From the NCBI GenBank assembly GCA_038087875.1, contig JAXLNO010000065.1:124001-188000 (forward strand): a DNA stretch of 64,000 nucleotides. Reading direction: 5' to 3'. The notes beneath the pieces were generated by a model. It worked only from the letters and a program-made list of their open reading frames with translations, did no database searches and was not told the origin of the DNA. How positions within the stretch are numbered: the stretch's first letter is position 1; each line of letters starts with the position of its first letter. This document shows positions 11,163-22,861 of the stretch, one piece after another. This stretch comes from Malacoraja senta (lineage: Eukaryota). The translations under genes were made by a program, and so were the position numbers.

Positions 11163-11614
11163 AAGTTTCGCACCACCTGTACTCATGTATGGAATGATTT
11201 GCCTCAACAGCAACGTTTTTCACTGTATCTCAGTACACAGGACAATAATCAACCAATTCCAGCAGCAATACCAACTCATCTACTGTTGCATGATGCACTG
11301 CAGAGGTCCAGACAAAATTCACGTGTTTAAATGTTAATCAGCCTTTCTTCAAAGAATTGTGATAGTGAAAGTCTGAATCAACCTGAAATAAGTTGTGGGT
11401 CAATTAGTGTGGCTGTGTGATAATTCCTGATCAATAGGTACGTGTAGACAACAGTTGGCCAGCCGAGTGGTCTACAAGGTCATTCACTGAGCTATAGTCA
11501 GTCTCATCACATCAGTCAGTAGAATCATTCACTGTTCTAATACTGGCCAGTTGCATCATTTATTGGTCTAAATAATGGTCAGTAAGATCATTCACTGCTT
11601 TAAATATTGTGCCA

Positions 11615-11920
11615 TGGCGGCATAGTGATACAGTGGTAGAGTTGCTCCCTTCACAGCGCCAGAGACCTGGGTTCAATACTGATTATGGGTGTTGTCTGTA
11701 TGGAGGTTCTACGTTCTCCATGTGACTGCGTGGGTTTTCCCCGGGTGCTCCAGTTTCCTCCCACTCCAAAGACATACAGTACAGGTTTGTAGGTTAATTG
11801 GCTTCTGTAAAATTATCTCTAGTGTGTAGGATAGTGCCAGTGTACGGGGTGATCGCTGTTTGGCGCGGACTCAGTGAGCTGAAGGGCCTGCTTCCACGCT
11901 GTATCTCTAAAGTCTAAAGA
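11615..11920 (+). mobile_element. V-SINE (HE1-like), full length
   Basis: tRNA-like head (A-box-like TAGTGATACAGTGG, B-box-like GGTTCAATAC), central core and LINE-derived tail. Confidence 0.85.
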
Positions 11921-12704
11921 GCATCATTTATTGGTTCATTCATTCATGGATATTTGGCTTGTGTAGGATCATTAAATTCTCAATGATTTGTCGAGTTCAG
12001 TAGTAGCATTTTAAACTTTTTATTTAGGCACAATGGTTAAACGGCATTAGAGCAAAGCATTAAAATATCTGCAGACCTTAACTAAAGCTGAACATATATA
12101 ATAACTAGCAAAACAAAATTCTATGGAAGTACAACTAAAAGACTAAAGACTAGCAGACAAAAGTTAATAGTTGACGTTCAAAGAATAACTTTCACACACA
12201 ACACACTGCTGAAAAAATTGGCCTCATATTAACACAGGGTGACCATGAGCACCTTCGTACCATTAAAGGATTATCGTTCACAGTACAGTTTAGGTTCTTA
12301 TCAGTTGTAACTTGTAGTTCACAGGCTGTTCTTTGTCACTGTGTTCAGAGACTAATCCTGTCAATTCGAGACTAACCTCATCAATTCTCTGCAAAACACT
12401 AATCCCATCGAATCTCTGCAAGGCCCGATAGTTTGCCTAAATTAATAAATAATATTGTATTGTAAGGTCAACATTGTAACTCATTGATTTGAAAACTGAT
12501 GAATAGAATTATTCATGTCTGATAAATGGCCAATATAAACTGCATCATCCTAATCAATGCTTCATATAAATATTGACCTTAAATTGTGGTGGTAATATTT
12601 ATCTTTCTTCTTGCCTTTTGATAGGACTTTTCATGGATTTTATTATTGGCTAATAGAATACTTTATTGATTAATTGATTGAAATTGGTTACTAAAATCAA
12701 TTGA

Positions 12705-13030
12705 AAGATCCAGCGTGGAACAGGCCCTTCGGCCCACCGAGTCCATGCTGACCATTGATCACCGAGTCCACGCCGAGCATGGATCAGCCATTCACACAGG
12801 GTCTACGTTATTCCACCTTTCCCATCCATTCCCCGCACACTAAGGGCAATTTGTAGAGGTCAATTAACCTACAAACCTGCACATCTTTGGGATGTGGGAG
12901 CACCCAGGGGAAACCCACGCAGTCACAAAGAGAACATGCAAACTCCTAACAGACAGTACTTGAGGTCATGATCGAACTTGGTCTCTGGCACTGTGAGGCA
13001 GCAGCTCTACCAGCTGTGCCACTGTGCGAC
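12705..13030 (-). mobile_element. V-SINE, full length
   Basis: Reverse complement of head, core and tail. Confidence 0.8.
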
Positions 13031-13879
13031 ATTGGTTTAATCAGTGACCAATAGGATCATCTATACACAATTATTTTCAGTGGAGATATTCTTCAATAAA
13101 ATTAATGGGTGCCAGAATCATTTATACAATCACACAGCACAGAAAGAGGCCCTATTGAGTCATGTTGGCTGTCAACCATTGGGACGTGGGAGGAAACTGG
13201 AGTTCCCAGGTCACTGGGAGAACGTGCATTCTCCACACAGACAGCACCCGGGTTCAGGATTGAACGCGGTGTGCTTGCTGGATGAGCAAGGTGATGGTTC
13301 CAGTGACTGCACATTGTGCAGCTGTCTCAACATTCATTGACAACTAAAATTATTCAACCATTTGATCATCTACCAGTTAAGTTATTTATCAATTGATATG
13401 AATATAGATCAATAAAATAAATTTTCTGTTGGAATAAAGATCAAAGTGAGCTAATTCACAATGGAATCTATCATTCATCGATCAAATATTATACGTCCTC
13501 CATCCAATTATTGAACAGTGGACGTGGGTTAAGTTTGATAGGTCAGAAAAGAGGGAAATTCATTCGTGGCTTGTTTGACACTCAGTAATTGATCCCAAAT
13601 TGGATAATGGATTAGTTTATTAACAAATAGGTATTCTTCTTCTTGCGTATGGTGTGCACAGCCTAACAAAACACTACATCTATTTGTTTGTGCACATCAG
13701 GTTGATTGCATTTGTCGAAACAGGGTGGACAACGTGAAGGTTGCAATCGTTAATACTGTAATTTATTTTCCAACATTACTGTCTAAGTTAATTCACATCA
13801 ATTATTGACATATTAGAAAAATAAAATCATTTTTCAGTCTGGTTATTGATCAATGATAACATTGATTAAGGGGAAAAAC

Positions 13880-14190
13880 TGCACCGTTGCTATGTTATCG
13901 TAATACAGGCCTAGTGCATTAATAATGTTGAGGCAGGAATTCAAATCCAACCACAGTAATTTAAATTCACTTAGTTACATAAATTGACTGTTAAATACAT
14001 TTATTTTATGCAATGAGTAATTATAATGGTGATAATGATGCTGTCAAATTTCCATGCTAATCCTGCCTTGTCACTAATATCCTCTATGGAACAAGATCTG
14101 TCATTCTTACTCTTGCATTGGTGTGACTCTACATTCACAGAGAGGTGAGTAACTTAGGTGACAAATGGGCAATAAGTTTTAGCCATGGCA
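13880..14190 (+). mobile_element. Old, degenerate tRNA-derived SINE of a different family
   Basis: B-box-like GAATTCAAATCC, then AATTTAAATTCA...TAATGGTGA...CACTAATATCC...GTGACTC...ATGGGCAATAA; recalled resemblance to an elasmobranch SINE, not verified. Confidence 0.4.
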
Positions 14191-14419
14191 TGAAAGGTTA
14201 ATTAGTGTACTTTAGTTTAGTTTGAAAATACAGCATGAAAATAGGCCATTCAGCCCACCAAGTCCACACTGGTCATTCATCAGCCACTCACACTAGTTCT
14301 ATGTGATCCCACTTTCTCATGCACTCCCTACAATCTAGGGGCAATTTACACCGGCCGATTAACCTACAACCCCGCACATCTTTAGGATGAGGGAGGAAAC
14401 TGGAGCACCTGGTTCCCCA

Positions 14420-14560
14420 TACTCCAATCAGTGTGAAGAAGGGTCCCAAAGTGAAACGTCACTTATTCATGTTCTCCAGAAATGCTGCCTGATCCACTGA
14501 GCTACTCCAGCACTTTGTGTTTATTTTTTGTAAACCAACATCTGCAATTCATTGTGTCTC
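14420..14560 (+). mobile_element. Penelope-like terminal fragment with degenerate hammerhead motif
   Basis: GTGAAGAAGGGTCCCAAAGTGAAACGTCAC...CCAACATCTGCAATTC. Confidence 0.65.
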
Positions 14561-14914
14561 CATTCGTAATCAAAGATCTGATCCCCGACTGATTGTAGAC
14601 CATGAAACTGAAATTGCTGGAAAAGATCAGCATATCAGGGCAATTGTAAAGAGAGGGAAATGTAATTAATACCACAGTTCCAATGAATGGTCATCCACCT
14701 GAAACATTAACTCTGTTGCTATCTCCACAGGTTCTCCTTGGCCTGCTGGCACTTCCCAACATTCTCCGTTTTTACTTTAACCACGTGATCTTTTGCTTCT
14801 CCATTATTGACCAAGAATTAGACTGATGAATGATTCTCTCTAGGGCAGCACAGTGGTCTGACACCCAGGTTTGATCCTCAACTTGGGTGCTGACAGTGGA
14901 ATCAGCCACTGATC

Positions 14915-15218
14915 TTTAGACTTTAGAGATACAGCGCAGAAACAAGCCCTTCGGCCCACCGAGTCCATGCCGACCAGTGATCACCCTGTACACTAAGACT
15001 ATCCGACACAATAGGGACAATTTACTATTTTATCAAAGCCATTTAACCTACAAACCTGTACATCTTTGGTGTATGGGAGGAAACCGGAGCACCTGGAGAA
15101 AACTCACGCGGTCACAGGGAGAATGTACAAACTCCATACAGACAGCATTCGTCGTCAGGATTGAACCCAGGTCTCTGGTGCTGAATGGCAGCAACTTTAC
15201 TGCTGCACCACTGTGCCA
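14915..15218 (-). mobile_element. V-SINE, full length
   Basis: Reverse complement of head, core and tail. Confidence 0.85.
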
Positions 15219-16382
15219 TCCTGATTGCTATCAGTAGAATTATCATTGATTTGAGTTTTGGCCAGTGAAATAATTTGTATGTTCGATTATTGGTCAATAG
15301 GATAATATGTTCATCTTAATTGACTGGAAAATTCAGTGGTCTACCTAATTATTGTCCGTAGAATATGGTCAATATGATCATTTCCTGTGAGTGGAACAAT
15401 GTATCAATCTGATAAATGATTCTATTCTCAGTGATTCTGATAAATTATTCTATGGATAATAATGACCATTATATGATTCCACTGATACTGATAGCAGATT
15501 CTTTCAGCAGTTTGGTTATTGTCAGTAAAATCATTAATAGCCGTGTTGATTTTAAGTCAAAACATATATTGATTTTATTATTGCCAGGAGGATGCTTCTT
15601 TAGTTGGATTATTGGTCTATAGAATCATTCATCAATCTGATTTATTGAAGAATCGGTTTATAAATCAACACACACAATATTTCCCTGATCTGATTATTGT
15701 TCACAGATTTATTCAACAGTCTTACTTTTGTCGGTGAAATCCTGTAATGAAGTAATTATTGGTCGATACAATAATTCATCAACTTGATCACTGAGAGTAG
15801 AATAATTCGGCAGTCTATTTATTGCTGTGTCTTAGTAGAACCCGTTCCTCCCTATCTCTCTTTATCATTCATCCAACTGATTTATCAGCAGAGTGTTTCG
15901 CCAGTTGTACTATTAGCCAGTGCATTATTCATTGATGTGAGTGATAAGTTCATTGGCAGAAGAAACATCCATTGATCTGATTATTGCTGGCGGAATAATT
16001 TATTGATCGAATCACAGCACAGAAGCAGGCCATTCAATTCTTCCAATACATGCTGATATTTATGCTAGTCTTATCTTTTCTGATCTATATCCATCAGTGT
16101 AACCCACTGTATGTCCATAAACGCTTCTACTCGTACATGGTGACTGTCTTTCATTGAGAGCCACCGGTTATGATCTTCGCTACATGTGGAACGATTCCTT
16201 CTGTACCCAATGTCAAAAGCCTTAATAATTTTAAATGTTTCATTAAAGCCATCCTCAGATTTATTTTCTGAAGAGAACAGAGACCCAGTCTATTATCTTG
16301 TCTTTATGTGTATAATACTCTTGCATTGCTTGTATCAGTTTTGTAAATCATCTCCACACCCTCTCCAGTGCCGACATATCAA

Positions 16383-16700
16383 GGCAAGCACGGTGGCGCA
16401 GCGGTAGAGTTGCTGCCTTACAGTACTTGCAGCGCCGGAGAGCCAGGTTCGATCCCGACTACGGGTGCTGTCTGTACGGAGTTTGTACGTTCTCCCCGTG
16501 ACCTGCGTGGGTTTTATCCGAGATATTCGGTTTACTCCCACACTCCAAAGACGTACAGGTATGTAGATAAATTAACTTGGTATAAATGTAAATTGTCCCT
16601 AATGTGTGTAGGATAGTGCTAATGTGCGGGGATCGCTGATCGGCGCGGACCCGGTGGGCCGAAGGGCCTGTTTCCACGCTGTATCTCTAAACTAAACTAA
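16383..16700 (+). mobile_element. V-SINE (HE1-like), young full-length copy
   Basis: A box TGGCGCAGCGG, B box GGTTCGATCC, core, CR1-shared tail GGGCCGAAGGGCCTGTTTCC and (TAAAC)n; CpGs retained. Confidence 0.9.
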
Positions 16701-16794
16701 ATCCTTCGTATCATTTGGCAACAAGAACTGCCCTCTGCGTTTGGTCAATGCATGATTCAATACAGATTTAGCATAGCTTCCCTTCGCAATTTAA

Positions 16795-17080
16795 TGGTCC
16801 TCTCACCGGCTAGAGTGCGGTCCTGATCTCTCATCTACCTCTTTGGAGATCTTTGAACTATCTTTCATCAGACTTTATCGGACTTCAATGTTATATCTTG
16901 TACTGAATATTGAACCCTTTATCTTTTATCTGTGCACTGTGGACATATTGATTGTTTTACTATATAGTCTATTCTCTGACTGGGCAGCATGCAAAGAAAA
17001 ACTTTTCACTGTACATCAGTACACATGCCAATAATAAGCTGAACTAAACTAAATTAAACTAAACTAAACTAAACTAAACT
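16795..17080 (+). mobile_element. Rex1/Babar-type LINE 3' UTR with (TAAAC)n tail
   Basis: Same 3' UTR as 30590-30960 and 63620-64000 in the opposite orientation. Confidence 0.65.
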
Positions 17081-18304
17081 ATTCCCAGTGCCTGATTTTA
17101 TTTTTTTATAGCCTTACTAAACTGTAACATAGCATTTAATGATTTTGGTTTATGTACCACAATGTCCTTGTACCCAATCACTAAAAGGTCTTTAATTCCT
17201 GCACCCCTCCTGGCCTCACACCTTCCAGGAGTAAACGGCCCCTCACTTGTCCTACTACATGACAATAATAAACCAAAACCGAAACGTACTGTTTCTCAAT
17301 TATCTCTTTTCAACTTAATTTGCCAATCATTTGCCCACTTTGTTGTTCTCTTCTCCATTGTCGCAGTTTCCTCACTGTTGACCATACCTCCAATTTGGAA
17401 TCATGATTGGGAAAAATGGGTTTGAGATTCCAGATTCTGAATGATTCATCAAAATCATGAACAATGCTGGCTCCAGCCATGCTCCTTGTGGGACATGTGC
17501 TTCTTCTGTATGTGTTCTTTTTACACCAATTCCCTGCTGTGTCCTGGAGTCATCTCATAAACCAGTCTACCACCTGTCCCCTCACTCCTCATTCCCATTC
17601 CTTATTCATTAGTGAGATATGGAACACCTTAATAAGGGCCTTTTGAAAATCTTGATAAATCACAAGTAATTCATCATCGCTGTCTGCTGTTCCCTCGTCA
17701 AAATTTTTAATAAGATTGGTTAAGTAAACATTTCCCTGTTTCATTATTCCGATTATTAGGCAGAATAGTGATTCACGGGTCTAATTATTGCCAGTAAAAT
17801 TATTCATCGTTGTTTATCACCAGTGGAATTGTTGATCTATATGATAAAGTCTTCTAAGCATTGAGCTTGTAATTGTAATTAGAATAATTCACCAATCTGC
17901 TGTTCATTGGTAAAATAATTTGTTCATCTGAATATTGCCCGTAGAGTCTTTAAATCGACTGATTAATGTTCAGAGTCATTCACTGATCTGATTGTTGTAA
18001 ATAGAAATGTCTTCAAATTGTTCTAACTATGACGGTTGAATAATTGAACAATGTTTATTGTCATTAGAATTATTCATTGGTCTGATAACTGAAAACTGAA
18101 TGTATTCATCCCTCTGGTTATCGGCTTGTGGAAGTATATTTATTTTGTTCATCAATCTATTTATTGACCTGTTTGTCCTGTTTAATAATAATTGGCCTGA
18201 ATTAACATGCATGGTTTAGTTTTTAAGTAGAAGCTATCCATAATATGATTGTTATTGATCAGAATTATTCCCTGGTCTGGTTATTGGTCAGCAGAATCAA
18301 TCAT

Positions 18305-18762
18305 TAAAGTAAAGTAAAGGAAATTTATTTATATAGCACTTTTCAATCAATTTCAATCAATGAAGCCAAAATGCTTTACAGAGAAAATTATCCATATAAA
18401 TGAAAAAAAAGAGGTAGAAAAAAAGACACAACACACTATAAGAGATCTAACACGAACATCCCCCCACAGCAGAGTCGACACTCTCCACTGTGAGGGAAAG
18501 GCACCAAAATGTCCAGTCCTCCTCCTCTTCCTCCTAGTCCACCCGAGGTCGGGGCCAGTTTGAGGCCTCCGCAGCCAGTCGCTGCAACGGCAGCCCGATG
18601 TTATATGCCCACCTGCCGGGAAGCTGGAACACCGGCATCGGGTGGAAAGTCCTCAGCAGCTTGGTAGTGTCTGGAGCGGCCGCTCCCTCCCCGGAGACAG
18701 CGACGCCCGTAGTCTTCAGGCCGCGCCGGTTGGAGCTCCGACTCTGACTCCGTGGTGACATC
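18305..18762 (-). mobile_element. Non-autonomous retroelement with an L2-type 3' tail and GC-rich body
   Basis: Minus strand ends TGTAAAGCATTTTGG...GAAAAGTGCTATATAAATAAA, an L2-type stem-loop tail. Confidence 0.55.
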
Positions 18763-18764
18763 AT

Positions 18765-19212
18765 TTTAGTTTAGATTATTGTCACGTGTACCAAAGTACA
18801 GTGAAAAGCTTTTTGTTGTGTGCTATCCAGTCAGTGGAAAGACTATACATGATTACAATCAAGCCCTCCACAATGTACAAATACAGGATAAAGCGAATAC
18901 GATTTAGTATAAGATAGAGCCTAGTAAAGTCCAATTAAAAATTGTCCAATGTGGTAGATGGTAGATCAGGGCCACTATTTAGTTGTCTGCTAATTTGTAA
19001 TTTGAGTTGGATTTGTATTTGGCTGCAGATTCATGGGTATATACGGAATAATGAAGGATGCTGAGAATGCAACCTTGCGTGGCATCAGTGTTGAGGATTA
19101 TCGTAGAAGATGATTTGTTACCTATCCTCGCTGATTGCGGTCTGTTGGTCAGGAAGTCGAGGATCCAATTGCAGAAGTGACTGCTAACTCCAAGTTCCAC
19201 GAGTTTGAAGAT
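18765..19212 (-). mobile_element. Rex1/Babar LINE, internally deleted (RT piece + 3' tail)
   Basis: ORF 18979-19200: [25 protein letters not shown]...QGCILS...KLADN. Confidence 0.8.
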
Positions 19213-19215
19213 GAA

Positions 19216-19401
19216 TCATGATTGGTCAGTGGAATCATTCATAGGCCTCATGATTGGTCAGTGGAATCATTCATGGGCCTCATGATTGGTCAGTGGAATC
19301 ATTCATGGGCCTCATGATTGGTCAGTGGAATCATTCATGGGCCTCATGATTGGTCAGCAGAGGCATTCATTGGCCTCGTGATTGGCCAAGAGAATGATTC
19401 A
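19216..19401. repeat. Near-perfect 32-bp tandem repeat, ~6 copies
   Basis: TCATGATTGGTCAGTGGAATCATTCATGGGCC; units start at 19216, 19248, 19280, 19312 and 19344. Confidence 0.95.
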
Positions 19402-19404
19402 AGT

Positions 19405-19543
19405 GTGTAAGAAGGAACTGCAGATGCTGGTTTAGACTGAAGATAGACACAAAATGAAGACTGAAGAAGGGTCTCGACCCAAAACATCACCCATTCCTTC
19501 TCTCCAGAGATGCTGCCTGTCCAGCGTTTTGTGTCTATTTTCA
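19405..19543. mobile_element. Penelope-like terminal fragments in inverted arrangement
   Basis: Minus-oriented GAAGGAACTGCAGATGCTGG followed by plus-oriented CTGAAGAAGGGTCTCGACCCAAAACATCACC. Confidence 0.65.
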
Positions 19544-19554
19544 GAATGATTTAA

Positions 19555-21540
19555 GTGCCCTGTTACTGTTTCGGTAAGCGTTGTTACTGCGTCCTTAATC
19601 ATAGTTTCCAGTATTTTCCCTATTCTTGATGTCAGGATAAGTGATCTGTAATCTTTATTTATCCTCTCCATTTTAAAATGAGGGGGCACATTTACTACCT
19701 TCCAATCTGTGGGAACCCTTCTGGATTCTCTGAAATTCTAGAAGATGCAAACCAATGCATTCACTCTCTCCATTGCCACCATGTCCAAAATGTTGTAATG
19801 TTGTGGGCATTTATAGACTTTCTATCCTCCTAATTTCTCTAGTACTCATTTTTTACTTCTGCTGAGCTAATTTAAACACCTCATTCACTGTAGACCTGTA
19901 GTTGCCTCTTGTTTCCTTGAGGTTCCTGTGTCTTCTGTGAAGTCAAACATCAAATATTCATATAAATCCTCAGCAATTTTTTTCCTCCCCAATATAATTT
20001 ACCCTGTCTCAGGCTATTTCTGTATCTAAAATATTATTATTCTCTTTTTTTAAATGTTTCTTGTTAACCTAATCTTATATTCTATTATCGCTTACCAAAC
20101 CAATGTCTTGATCTTTTTTGCTGGATTTTGACAATCCTTTGTTTTACTAATTCTACATTAATTTTTCTTTATTTTTACCTATTTCTGTATCTAAAATATT
20201 ATTATTATCTTTAAAAAAAAAATGTTTCTTGTTAATCTAATCTTATATTCTATTATCACTTTCCAAACCAATGTCTTGATCTTTTTTGCTGGATTTTGAC
20301 AATCCTTTGTTTTACTAATTCTACATTAATTTTTCTTTATTTTGACCTATTTCTGTATCTAAAATATTATTATTATCTTTTAAAAAAAAATGTTTCTTGT
20401 TAATCTAATCTTATATTCTATTATCACTTTCCAAACCAATGTCTTGATCTTTTTTGCTGGATTTTGACAATCCTTTGTTTTACTAATTCTTTTTGATATA
20501 AGCCTTCGCATTTTACCTAATGCTGTCTTTATATTTTTATGATATCCACAGCTAGCGCACTCTTCCCATTAATTTTTATTGAAGAAGCATATATTATGTC
20601 AACTATATGTTCATTATTTAACTGTTAGCCATTGGGTGTTTACTGTCATTCCTTTCAACATCGTTTCCCGATCACCCATAGATTCATTCCTTTGTAGTTT
20701 ATTTTATTGAGATTTCAAATCCTCAACCAAATCACTTCCAATCTTTATGAAAATGTCTAATGGTGACTTCATTAAAGGTCCCTCAACCAGGTCACCATTT
20801 ACCTGCTTTTCTTTGAATAGTACTAAACCTAAAATAGCAGATTAACCTGAAGCCATTCCTTATACTCTTCATGAAATCATCCTCCACTCCCTAATTGTTG
20901 TATGTAGAATAAACTCCTTGTAATCATTTAATTACCCCTGTTAGATGTGCCTCAAATTTCCTGATTTATACTATGCCTCAGACAGCTATACTTTTTGGGA
21001 GACTATATATAACCCATTCTTAGTCACGTGTGTGACCAAAAAGATGAACAATTGTGGAATACATCTTCTAATTGTGAAAGCATTACAAGTATATTGTTTT
21101 GTACTGCATATCTGATTCATATTTTTTTCGGATTATCAAGTGAAATTTTTATATGTTATGCTGACAATGTTTGTTTCGGGTAAGAGGTCAAATATGACTG
21201 GTCACGTGTGTGACACCACACGGAAGCATTTTACAAACTGAATTGTAAATAGCTAGAATGTTCATATCTTTAGCAGACATGCATTATAGTTCTATAGGTA
21301 GGAAAATAGCAGTGAATAAGATTAATCTCTTACAATAATTATTTAATGTATTACTTCATGTGATGACATCTGGTCACGTGTGTGGCATTTTGGTTTAATT
21401 TCCAAAGAATGACCCAAATAATTCCCACCAATGTTTTCTGCCTTTGGCTCATTCTTAGTGAAACTGAAACTACTTTTGCTTCATCATTGTCACATTTTGG
21501 ACCCTACCCCCTCTCCACTGACTTAGTCTCATTCCTTAAT
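19555..21540 (-). mobile_element. Old degraded CR1 LINE
   Basis: ORF 19432-19689 DYRSLILTSRIGKILETMIKDAVT matches the NYRPVSLTSVVGKMLE motif. Confidence 0.7.
20014..20490. repeat. ~167-bp tandem triplication
   Basis: CTATTTCTGTATCTAAAATATTATTATT... starts at 20014, 20179 and 20347; the copies are nearly identical. Confidence 0.95.
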
Positions 21541-21549
21541 TCGAGGAAA

Positions 21550-21692
21550 GGGGCTAGTGGTGTCAAGGGATATGGGGAGAAGGCACGCACGGGTTATTGA
21601 TAGGGGATGATCAGCCATGATCACAATGCATGGCGGTGCTGGCTCGAAGGGCCGAATGGCCTCCTCCTGCACCTATTTTCTATGTTTCTATG
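21550..21692 (+). mobile_element. CR1/HER1 extreme 3' end
   Basis: GVKGYGEKARTGY* followed by 3' UTR and TTCTATGTTTCTATG tail. Confidence 0.85.
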
Positions 21693-22861
21693 ATACCTTA
21701 CCTTCTTTTCTAATCTCAGTAGAAACAGTAATTTGTTTGATTATTGACCTATGAGGGTGTCAAAGGTTATGGAGAGAAGGCAGGACAATGGAAGGTAGAC
21801 ACACACAGCTGGAGTAACTCAGCGGGTGAGGCAGCATCTATGGAGAGAAGGAATGGGTGACGTTGACGAAAGTGGGGTTGAGAGGGGAAAATTGTTTAGC
21901 CATGAACGAATGGCGGAGCAGACATGATGGGCTGAATGGCTTAATTGTGCTCCTATGTCTTATGATTCTCTGATCTCATGATAATCCCATTCATGAATCT
22001 GATCCTGAGAGGAATCATTCTATTTTTGCTTATTCCAGCACAGTGGCAATCATTGATATAACATTTGGCTGTAAACTATCAATATTTATTGAATTATCAA
22101 ATCAATCGTCATTGTGATTACTTCTTAATATGATAATTCTTTGGTCTGATTGTTAGTTGGTAGTATTGCATAATACTGTTTAATGATTGCTGTATCATGC
22201 CTTGACTGGATTATTGGTCAATGGATTGGAATTGATTATTGATCAGCAACATTTCTATGGTTAGTAAATTCATTAATGGTTCTGATTATTGGACAGTGAA
22301 ATCATTCATCATTCCTTGGACTGATTATTATCAGAAGAATTGCTCATTGTTTGCAAAATCAACAATTTGGTTCAATAATTGGTTCGCTAATGTTATTGCT
22401 AGTATGGCAGTAAACATAATTTATTTGATTAATGTAATTAGCATTTTGCATTGTGTTACTTATTAGCGAGAAAAATCCTGCTGAATATTACTCAGCAGGA
22501 TCATTATTCGCTGTGACCATTAGTCAGCGGAATCATTCAATAATATGTTTATTCATCGGTAGAGTGATTTGCTGGCTTAACTTGATCTGTACAATCAATG
22601 ATCACCCTGATTATTTGACAGTGAAATTATTCATCAGTTATATTATTGCTGCGGTCCAGTCATTCTTCTAATTATTGTGCATGCATTGGCCTGATTGTTG
22701 GGTGGACTCATACATTGATCAGTTTCATGGTTCAGAGAATTAATACAAATTAATTGTCCACACTGAATATTCATTTGCAGTATTTTTCATTGACAAATTA
22801 CAGTCAATTAAGTCATTTATCAATAGATTACTAATCTTTAGAATCAATTATCAGCCTACTG

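Larger units (their letters stand above)
10085..11260 (+). mobile_element. Rex1/Babar-type LINE 3' fragment, split by nested insertions
   Basis: ORF 10082-10282 SIYTSCCLGKAANITKDHS resembles the Rex1 ORF end; the tail resumes after 11165 (TTTTCACTGTATCTCAGTACACAGGACAATAA). Confidence 0.65.

Noticed and set aside
12022..12442. Possible TIR element (ATTTAGGCA...TGCCTAAAT)
   Set aside because: Only a 9-bp inverted match in AT-rich DNA and no clear TSD; insufficient support.
16383..16460. tRNA gene
   Set aside because: The A/B boxes belong to the tRNA-derived head of a SINE that continues into core and LINE-like tail; the same applies to the other copies.
19216..19401. CRISPR-like 32-bp repeats
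   Set aside because: Units are contiguous with no unique spacers, no cas genes are present, and the context is vertebrate.
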